A model generated the notes under the pieces. It was not told the origin of the DNA, did no database searches, and saw only the letters and a list, made by a program, of their open reading frames with translations. This document shows positions 8,785 through 15,841 of a stretch of DNA of 31,446 nucleotides, one piece after another. How positions within the stretch are numbered: position 1 is the first letter of the stretch; every line of letters begins with the position of its first letter. This DNA is from a virus (Duplodnaviria; Caudoviricetes): positions 1-31,446 of the IMG/VR virus record IMGVR_UViG_3300043414_000665; one strand, 5' to 3'. The position numbers and the translations under genes are program-made.

Positions 8785-10434
8785 TTATCTATACTCCCAC
8801 ATATAGGAAACATCACCATATTCGTCTGTATACCATCTATCTCCATCATTATCTACAAAAGTTGTCTCTTCATCAATTCCATCAGTAATAAAACCAAAGG
8901 GAGACATATCTTGTTCTATTTGTTCTTTTTGGTCTTCATATATTCTTTTACGGACATCATTATCCGTCATTTCCTTAAAATAATCCTGAACAACTAACCA
9001 AGCAAAAATAACTAAACACATTACCAAATCATCATTACACCCTTCTTCCGCTTCAAATGATTGATTTTTTTGAATAAATGTGGTCAGTTCACTAATAATT
9101 TCGTAATCACTAAAGATTAGTTTATCATCTTCTATGATTGTTTTTAAATTTGAGCATCCAACTCTTTTTACTGTTTTGGACATTTTTACACCAAGTTGAG
9201 TTTTCTTTCCAGAAAATCCTTGTCCAACAAGTTGTCCTGCTCTTCCTCTCATCGCACACATTAAAATATTATCATATTCTAAATCAAAATGAAGAATACT
9301 TGTAACTTGTTCTCCAATATCATTTACTTCTGCTAGTACAAATGATTTATTGTATGCTTTTGCTACATCTATAATAATATTTGGAAATAGCATTGGTTTA
9401 ATTTCATTATTACGATATTTTGCTACTATCTTATACGGAAAAGTAGATATATCAAAAACAACAAATGCAGAATAATCATTATTCAGTCCTCTAGATACGT
9501 CAACAGTCATAATATAAGTATGATCCTCCATTGGTTCTTCATAAACATCCAAACCACCACTTTTTTCTAATGGTTCATCATAAGTCAATACTTTTAACTT
9601 GGCAGGATTAACTAGAGTCCCAATTGAACCAAGAAACTCACATTCAAACTCAACTTGAAACTGTTGCTCACTTGTATTTTCAATTGTTTGTTTTTTCCAA
9701 TTTTCATCTCTTCCTGGAACTTCTGACCAATGAACTTCTGTAGGAATATATTGATTTTTTCTTCTTTCGGCATCATGCCAAATTTTATAAAAATGATTCA
9801 TCCCGTGAGGGGTAGAAACAATAATCAATTTAGTTGATTGACCAGAAGAAATAGTAGGATAAACAGAGCTGAAAAACTCGTCAGCGATATGATTAGGAAC
9901 AAATGCAAATTCGTCCAGAAAGATGATATTATAAGAACCACCACGGACAGCAGAGGCAGAAGTAGAAGCCGCAAGAATTTTTGATCCATTCTCTAACTCT
10001 AATGACCCCTTATTCCATATAAGAACGCCTTGCTGCATCCATTTTGGGAGATTCTCATATGCTAACTGAAGTCGTCCAAGAAGGTCTCTAGCAGTAGACG
10101 CTTTATTAGCAAGAATCGCAATATTGACGTTATCATTAAATATTGCGTAATGAAGTAAATAAGCAACGACAGTGGTAGATTTGCCAGATTGTCTGGGCAT
10201 CTTGCAGACGTTAAATCTATTATCATGGAAATTTTTGATGAGTTTTTCTTGAAACTTGTACATCTTAAATGACACAAGACCATGATCAAGAGAAACAATT
10301 TTTATATAATTTTTCGCAAAATATACAGGATCTTTTTTGCACTTTATAAATTGTTCAATTTGGTCTTTGGTAAATTCTATCGGCGTATTTGCCTTCTTTA
10401 ATAGAGGATTACCCAAATATTGATCGTTACTCAT
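8785..10434 (-). CDS. g17: Terminase large subunit gp17
   Basis: YLGNPLLKKAN; Walker A MPRQSGKST; Walker B IIFLDEFAF; motif III STPHG; nuclease motifs VDVSRG and NDDLVM. Uninterrupted. Confidence 0.98.
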   Translation of the reverse strand: MSNDQYLGNPLLKKANTPIEFTKDQIEQFIKCKKDPVYFAKNYIKIVSLDHGLVSFKMYKFQEKLIKNFHDNRFNVCKMPRQSGKSTTVVAYLLHYAIFNDNVNIAILANKASTARDLLGRLQLAYENLPKWMQQGVLIWNKGSLELENGSKILAASTSASAVRGGSYNIIFLDEFAFVPNHIADEFFSSVYPTISSGQSTKLIIVSTPHGMNHFYKIWHDAERRKNQYIPTEVHWSEVPGRDENWKKQTIENTSEQQFQVEFECEFLGSIGTLVNPAKLKVLTYDEPLEKSGGLDVYEEPMEDHTYIMTVDVSRGLNNDYSAFVVFDISTFPYKIVAKYRNNEIKPMLFPNIIIDVAKAYNKSFVLAEVNDIGEQVTSILHFDLEYDNILMCAMRGRAGQLVGQGFSGKKTQLGVKMSKTVKRVGCSNLKTIIEDDKLIFSDYEIISELTTFIQKNQSFEAEEGCNDDLVMCLVIFAWLVVQDYFKEMTDNDVRKRIYEDQKEQIEQDMSPFGFITDGIDEETTFVDNDGDRWYTDEYGDVSYMWEYR

Positions 10435-10437
10435 TAT

Positions 10438-10626
10438 TTATTCCACCTTAAACTGATCTAAACCAATTTCTATTAATGTTTCTTGTTGTTTAAAATATAA
10501 CTTCACATAACACTTACAAATATTTTTTAGCAACTCAATATTTGTACAAGTGTCTAGTTCTCTTGAGATTTTTTCATATTCAAATATCTTACTTAAATTT
10601 TCAAGTTCAATAGTTTTTGGTTCCAT
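10438..10626 (-). CDS. Small helical protein (62 aa), candidate NblA-like phycobilisome degradation adaptor
   Basis: Good AGGAG SD inside the upstream ORF; fills the gap up to g17. Size and helix-loop-helix pattern (IELENLSKIFEY...LLKNICKCYVKLYFKQQETL) resemble NblA by eye. The CDS is well supported; the function is tentative. Confidence 0.55.
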   Translation of the reverse strand: MEPKTIELENLSKIFEYEKISRELDTCTNIELLKNICKCYVKLYFKQQETLIEIGLDQFKVE

Positions 10627-11788
10627 TCGGTTCTCCTGTGAATAATAATGGTTTTGTTGGATCCTTTACAGAAGGATTAAATGACAATACAATTGCATTT
10701 GGATAAACTTTTCTAATTTCTCTTGTTACTTCTTCTTTTGTTGGTCTAGTAAATTGCTGAAAGAACATTTGAGTGGTAATATATTTACCTCTCCAGTTCA
10801 ATAGTATTGTGTAAGTTGATCCACGAGTTTGTATTCTTAAATAACTTTCATCAACATTATTTTTTTTATTTCCCCAGTTTGCGGCACCTACTTTACGACA
10901 TTTTACAAGTGCTCCTGATGCATAAGCTGAAGGCCAAACTTTATACCTTGATTTGACTTTTGTTTTACATGCATCTTCTTCTACATACTCTTCTGTTGCA
11001 ACATTTATTGCCTTACCTTTTCTATCTGGGTTTGGATCTTCTTTTCTTTTTCTTGCTGCTGCTCTTTCTTCCTCTTCGGGAGACATTTCACCAGACATTT
11101 TTGATGAACCACACTTTGGTTTAGTGGTTTGACCTGGTTGGCGAGCACAAGGTTCTCCAGCATATTTTCCTCCCAGTTGAACCCATCCTGGTTTCCCATT
11201 TTTTGATTTACTTTTAGAAAACCAGTCGTGTAAAGAATAATCTCCTGATTTTCTTCCTTCACTAATACCTTTCATTCTTTCTGGTTTAATTAAATCAATA
11301 ACTTCTAGAAATGTATTTCCATCTGCATCTTCGATTGTTACTGATTCATTTGCAGGATGGGGTCTAGTAGTATTATACTTAATCTGATTCTGTGATAATA
11401 TTTTATTCGCCCCTGTATACATACTCCACATAACAGGACCATATTTGCATTCTTCTTTTGATTCTTCTTTTTTGCAAAGATTGCAATATCTTATTTCTCC
11501 TTTCTCCTCTTTTACATCTTTGAACTTTTTATGTTCTTTTTTGGCAGATGACTCCATTTTTTTGAGACGAGTATAATAATCTGGAATTTCATCTAAATGC
11601 TGAAGAGCAATATCCATCGCAAGTGTATGGTCTTTGGTATGTTCGTGCTCAATTGGTTCTCCCATATCCAATTGCTTCTGAATGAAAGAAACACTAAGAC
11701 GATGTTTCTTTGCAATCTGTTCGACTGTTTTGTGTGATTTTATTTTTGATGAATGTGTTTCTTTTATAAACTGCTTAAAACTTTTCAT
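10607..11788 (-). CDS. Modular basic protein (393 aa), probable internal head protein with a DUF5661-like N-terminal domain and a DUF5872-like WPSAYASG module
   Basis: N-terminal MKSFKQFIKE resembles the T4 internal-protein capsid targeting sequence. MGEPIEHEH...IALQHLDEIPDYYTRLKKME resembles DUF5661. Contains KVWPSAYASGALVKCR. Has its own late promoter motif. Confidence 0.7.
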   Translation of the reverse strand: MKSFKQFIKETHSSKIKSHKTVEQIAKKHRLSVSFIQKQLDMGEPIEHEHTKDHTLAMDIALQHLDEIPDYYTRLKKMESSAKKEHKKFKDVKEEKGEIRYCNLCKKEESKEECKYGPVMWSMYTGANKILSQNQIKYNTTRPHPANESVTIEDADGNTFLEVIDLIKPERMKGISEGRKSGDYSLHDWFSKSKSKNGKPGWVQLGGKYAGEPCARQPGQTTKPKCGSSKMSGEMSPEEEERAAARKRKEDPNPDRKGKAINVATEEYVEEDACKTKVKSRYKVWPSAYASGALVKCRKVGAANWGNKKNNVDESYLRIQTRGSTYTILLNWRGKYITTQMFFQQFTRPTKEEVTREIRKVYPNAIVLSFNPSVKDPTKPLLFTGEPNGTKNY

Positions 11789-11802
11789 AAGAAACTTTCT
11801 AA

Positions 11803-12234
11803 TTATTTAGAGATATCTTCTGCATTTAAACCATTCTTAAGAAGTTTTTGAAGTTCTGCGGTAGATCCAACAAAAAGAGCATTTGTGACGTTTTTTGGTC
11901 CAGATATTTGTTCCTTTTTTAGTTCTTTTACTTTTTGGTGAATATCCATCAACTTATCTGTAGAATCCGCAACATTTTTAATAAGTTGACCAAAAACTTC
12001 ATATGCCCTTGGTTGTTGTCCATCTTGAGCAAGTTCCAAAAGACTTGTTGCTGCTTCTTGTCCTTTTTCAATTAAACTATAAAGAGTTCCACGAATATAA
12101 TCATAATCTAAATCCGAATGGTCTTTGTCTTCGATATTTTTTATTTCCTTTTTTGATTCTTTAATGATTTCCTTTGCAGTAATAGTCGCCTTAATGTCCA
12201 AAGTTTCATCTATCTTATCGAAATTATTTTTCAT
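11803..12234 (-). CDS. g16: Terminase small subunit gp16
   Basis: DYDYIRGTLYSLIEKG, QPRAYEVFGQLIK, TNALFVGSTAELQKLL; ATGA overlap with g15. Confidence 0.95.
   Translation of the reverse strand: MKNNFDKIDETLDIKATITAKEIIKESKKEIKNIEDKDHSDLDYDYIRGTLYSLIEKGQEAATSLLELAQDGQQPRAYEVFGQLIKNVADSTDKLMDIHQKVKELKKEQISGPKNVTNALFVGSTAELQKLLKNGLNAEDISK
11804..11810 (-). promoter_or_regulatory. Probable late promoter variant CTAAATA upstream of the 393-aa ORF
   Basis: Overlaps the end of g16; 15 nt before the ATG at 11788. Confidence 0.6.
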
Positions 12235-13283
12235 ATATCAATACCTTTAGTTGGACTATAGATTCTACCATCACCATAGTCATAACGATATTCACTAAAT
12301 CCGAAATCATCATCTTGTTGAATTAAAGCATCATCTGCATTATTAATAATATTAATATAAGAATTTGATGTATGTGGTGTTATTGTAGTGCCGTCCTGTC
12401 CTCTAATGACAGTGATTAAATTATTAGATATTTCTTTAACTAACATTTCTTCACTATCTATTTCAATATAATCATTTACCGAAATAGATATAGCATTATT
12501 TACATTAAATTTAGTAACTTCATCGTCTATATCTTGAGTAAGTGTAGTTGTATTGTCATTAGTGTAATCTTGAATTGCTCTTGGTTCTGCGACATATCTA
12601 AGTTGCCTAGAAGCATTTTTTCTATTCGTGTCACTATAATAATCAACTTGTACTTTTTTAATTAGACCACTTGTAGAATCTGGAATTGGTCCAAATAGAT
12701 AAGTTTTTGCGGTAAAATTTAAATTATATATTATAGTTCTTTTTTCGTCATATCCACTTTCATAATTATCTTTAAAATCTATATTTTCAAGAATCATAGG
12801 TATATCTCTCTTCTCTCCAATCGAAGAAATTAAATCTATTGTCAAATTAAATGATGGTTGGAAATATGGAAGTATTTGTTCGACAATTTGAAGAGCATCT
12901 TCATTGTATTGCGACATAACCGAAAGTTGAATGCCTATGTTATATGGAACAGGCATAAAAACTTTATTTGTTGTTTTATTATCAGAAGTATTTAACGCTT
13001 TAAACGTTTGTAATGAGGAAACTTTTCTAGAATTATCATACTGAATATTAGTCATTTCAAATGCCAATCTAGGAAGAACAATTGAAACTCTTTTTCTTAA
13101 ATCTGGTTTTTGTTCTAATCTTGCCAAAAACTTTTCAGTAGGTCCATATGCAATTGGTACTTTAATAATACTATAATCGGAATTGTCTTGTTTTTTGTGT
13201 TTAATGTTGATATTATTAAAAAGAGTCCCAAATGCTACAATAGTCTTTTTGATTATTTCGTGATAATAATATTGACCCAACAT
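12231..13283 (-). CDS. g15: Tail terminator / sheath stabilizer gp15, with an extra C-terminal beta module
   Basis: YYYHEIIKKTIVAFGTLFNNI, KVPIAYGP, LPRLAFEM, PVPYNI, QIVEQILPYFQP, FTAKTYLFGP. Confidence 0.95.
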   Translation of the reverse strand: MLGQYYYHEIIKKTIVAFGTLFNNINIKHKKQDNSDYSIIKVPIAYGPTEKFLARLEQKPDLRKRVSIVLPRLAFEMTNIQYDNSRKVSSLQTFKALNTSDNKTTNKVFMPVPYNIGIQLSVMSQYNEDALQIVEQILPYFQPSFNLTIDLISSIGEKRDIPMILENIDFKDNYESGYDEKRTIIYNLNFTAKTYLFGPIPDSTSGLIKKVQVDYYSDTNRKNASRQLRYVAEPRAIQDYTNDNTTTLTQDIDDEVTKFNVNNAISISVNDYIEIDSEEMLVKEISNNLITVIRGQDGTTITPHTSNSYINIINNADDALIQQDDDFGFSEYRYDYGDGRIYSPTKGIDI

Positions 13284-13302
13284 AATAATACCTTTTATTA
13301 AC

Positions 13303-13309
13303 TATTTAG
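13303..13309 (-). promoter_or_regulatory. Probable late promoter variant CTAAATA upstream of g15
   Basis: In the g14-g15 gap; followed by an AAGG SD. Confidence 0.6.
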
Positions 13310-13311
13310 AT

Positions 13312-14727
13312 TTAATAATCTCCAAAAGGATTTCTTTCACTAAAATCTAGAATATTGTCTGCTTCATTTTGTATCTGTATATTTTCTGCAAAAGTGTCAT
13401 ATTCATCTTGCGTATTGGTTGAGTATATTTTATAATTTGCATTTGATCCTCCAAAAGTTGTTCCCATACCAACTATTGTTTCTCCTGCTACAAATAATCC
13501 ATTAGTAATTTTTACTTTTAGTGTTCTTGTGTCATAGTCCCAATCATCAACTTTCGCTTCTGTTCCAGTCAAAGAACCAGTAACTGTTTCGTTAAAGATA
13601 TAATTTCCGCTAGAAATACCAATTGGCGATGAAATTCTAACAGTTGGATTTGATGTGTAACCAACTCCTGCATTAGTGTATCTGAATGCAGTTACAATAC
13701 CAATTGAATTTATAAATGCTTGTGCAGTAGCATTTACTCCACCATTTGGAGCAGTAGATATAGAAACTATAGGCACAGTAGAATAACCAACTCCACCAGA
13801 AACCAATTCTATTGGAGACAAAGAACCAGAAGAAACAATTGCAGTTGCTATTGCACCGGAACCAGTTGTACTTATAATCTGAACTGTAGGTATAACTGTA
13901 TAACCAATACCTGGATTTATAATTAAAATACTACCAACAGAATACGAATTTTGACCAGAGCGACTTGTCATAATGGCAACAGCAGTTGCATTTATACCTC
14001 CATTTTTTGGAGGAGAGATGGAAATTGTTGGCGTAGAAAGATACCCAAATCCATCATTAATTATATCAATTTTTGATACTGATCCACCATTGACATTTGC
14101 AAGATTTGAAGCAAGTTGAGTTACTGCAGATGCTGCTGTTGCTTCAGAACCAACCATTTTAAGTGTGGTAATATATCCAAAATCTTTCACAGAATCATCT
14201 ACCTCTGGAATAGATGTATCAATATCATCATCTGCTTCATAGTCAAATACTTCACATTTCAATACATAAACATAAAGATTATTCAATTGATAAAATGGTG
14301 CCTTTCCTTCGACATATTTTATTTCAAATATTGTATTATCTAATGGTAAATAAATTATATCTCCTTCTTCTGGTCTTAAACCTATTTGTATCTGCGTATC
14401 ATCTGCCACAAAAGAAGATATGAAATCTTCGTATCTTTCTTTGGAAATAATTAAAGTCAATTCATCTGTAGTTTGAACACCAAATTTTGACAAAATATCT
14501 CCATTTCCACCAAAACCTTGATAATTCGTCAAGTATGCTTCAATTCTATATCCATCGTAAAAATTAGATACAACTATTTCTTTTATGACACTTGTTTTAT
14601 TTATAATTCTTCTTGGTATATAAACAATATCTTGTCCATACATTCTTAATTGTTCATTTATCAAATCTTGTACTAATCTTTGTTCACTAGCAGAACCTTG
14701 TAAAAAATATGGATTAAGTGGAGACAT
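13312..14727 (-). CDS. g14: Neck protein gp14 (extended form with internal repeats)
   Basis: EQRLVQDLINEQLRMYGQDIVYIPR, LSKFGV, RPEEGDIIYLP, FEIKYVE, PFYQL, C-terminal DFSERNPFG. Confidence 0.95.
   Translation of the reverse strand: MSPLNPYFLQGSASEQRLVQDLINEQLRMYGQDIVYIPRRIINKTSVIKEIVVSNFYDGYRIEAYLTNYQGFGGNGDILSKFGVQTTDELTLIISKERYEDFISSFVADDTQIQIGLRPEEGDIIYLPLDNTIFEIKYVEGKAPFYQLNNLYVYVLKCEVFDYEADDDIDTSIPEVDDSVKDFGYITTLKMVGSEATAASAVTQLASNLANVNGGSVSKIDIINDGFGYLSTPTISISPPKNGGINATAVAIMTSRSGQNSYSVGSILIINPGIGYTVIPTVQIISTTGSGAIATAIVSSGSLSPIELVSGGVGYSTVPIVSISTAPNGGVNATAQAFINSIGIVTAFRYTNAGVGYTSNPTVRISSPIGISSGNYIFNETVTGSLTGTEAKVDDWDYDTRTLKVKITNGLFVAGETIVGMGTTFGGSNANYKIYSTNTQDEYDTFAENIQIQNEADNILDFSERNPFGDY
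13625..14135 (-). repeat. Four degenerate protein-level repeats (about 36-42 aa, GxGY-xxx-P-x-V-x-I) in gp14
   Basis: NDGFGYLSTPTISIS, NPGIGYTVIPTVQII, SGGVGYSTVPIVSIS, NAGVGYTSNPTVRIS, linked by GG[IV]NATAxA or GSGAIATA. Boundaries approximate. Confidence 0.85.
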
Positions 14728-14731
14728 AATG

Positions 14732-15547
14732 TTATCCTATAAGGTCCATTGGAGGCAATTCGTATTCTGTTTTTAACTGGTGTTCGATCTCTTCTATCTC
14801 TTTGACTGCATCATCAAAAAGTTGTCTTCCGTTTAGTTGAACACCACCAGGAAGCATTACACCTTGGAATTTTATCATATTTTGTCCCCATTGTTTTTTA
14901 ATTAAAGCAGTTACATATTTTTTTAACCACCAATCATTATATACACTCGAAACATCTGCTGGATTTACCATCCTATAACAATCAAAAATAAGATAATTAG
15001 TTGGACTCATTTGGCTCCAATCAATATCTAGATATAATCTATGATTTTTCTTATTAAATCTAGTTTGAATGTCTGGAGTAATAATTCTACTTAAATCCTC
15101 CAAATATGTCTTAACCATTGCATAATTTAAAAGATCAAGTGCTCCATAGTAATATAAGTCATTTAAAAATAATTGATATTTGATGTTAAATAAACCACCA
15201 GAAATTGTACTAGAATCTACTTTAAAAACGTTATTTACACCAATTACATGATCGGGAAGTTGTATGAAGTTATTAGATTCTGTATAAGAAACAGTAGTAA
15301 TTCCAACATTGGAAGATGCAGTTGAAGTTGTAACTCCTGTTCTTATAGAATCTAATTGACTTTGTGATAACTGATGTTTTAAGAATACTTTTTCGATTCC
15401 ATCATAATGTCTTTCATTGAAATATTGAATTGCATCATCAACTAAATCGTCAATTTGGTCATCATCTACATTAATTTCTAATACTGGATATCCAAGTTTT
15501 CTTAAACAATAATCAATTAATCCTTGGCGAGATGATGGTTGTGTCAT
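14732..15547 (-). CDS. g13: Neck protein gp13
   Basis: LIDYCLRKLGYPVLEINVDDDQIDDLVDDAIQYF, WLKKYVTALIKKQWGQNMIKF, LPGGVQLNG. Confidence 0.96.
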   Translation of the reverse strand: MTQPSSRQGLIDYCLRKLGYPVLEINVDDDQIDDLVDDAIQYFNERHYDGIEKVFLKHQLSQSQLDSIRTGVTTSTASSNVGITTVSYTESNNFIQLPDHVIGVNNVFKVDSSTISGGLFNIKYQLFLNDLYYYGALDLLNYAMVKTYLEDLSRIITPDIQTRFNKKNHRLYLDIDWSQMSPTNYLIFDCYRMVNPADVSSVYNDWWLKKYVTALIKKQWGQNMIKFQGVMLPGGVQLNGRQLFDDAVKEIEEIEHQLKTEYELPPMDLIG

Positions 15548-15568
15548 TTTACAATACCTTCCTTTTAG

Positions 15569-15576
15569 TATTTATT
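15569..15576 (-). promoter_or_regulatory. Probable late promoter AATAAATA upstream of g13
   Basis: NATAAATA variant in the intergenic gap; followed by an AAGGAAGG SD. Confidence 0.65.
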
Positions 15577-15610
15577 GCCGTATATGAACTTACTTTAAAA
15601 TCTGATACAT

Positions 15611-15841
15611 TTATATTTTATTAGAATTTAAATTTATTAGTAAATTTTTAATTTCACTTAAATCATTTTTTATTGACTTGACTTCATCTTTTAAATTTTC
15701 AAATTCTTTTTTTTCTTTATATTTTTGTTCTGATATTTTTAAAAATTGATCATATTCACTTTTGTTTTTATTGACAATTGCATTAGAATTTAAATCTCTA
15801 ATTAAATTTCTATCAGTTTCTACTATCAAATAATTATTCAT
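15611..15841 (-). CDS. Small hypothetical coiled-coil protein (76 aa)
   Basis: ATGA overlap with the upstream gene; N-terminal LIRDLNSNAIVN motif; C-terminal heptads (FENLKDEVKSIKNDLSEIKNLL). Confidence 0.8.
   Translation of the reverse strand: MNNYLIVETDRNLIRDLNSNAIVNKNKSEYDQFLKISEQKYKEKKEFENLKDEVKSIKNDLSEIKNLLINLNSNKI

Noticed and set aside
3999-10434. Introns, inteins or homing endonucleases in portal, sheath or terminase
   Set aside because: All are continuous; portal and terminase are of expected length, the extra sheath length is a Thr-rich insert, and no splicing, HNH, GIY-YIG or LAGLIDADG motifs were seen.
10435-10442. AATAAATA immediately before the g17 ATG
   Set aside because: Abuts the start codon, so a late transcript would begin inside the ORF. 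It is also explained by the upstream stop codon in AT-rich sequence, so it is not called as a promoter.
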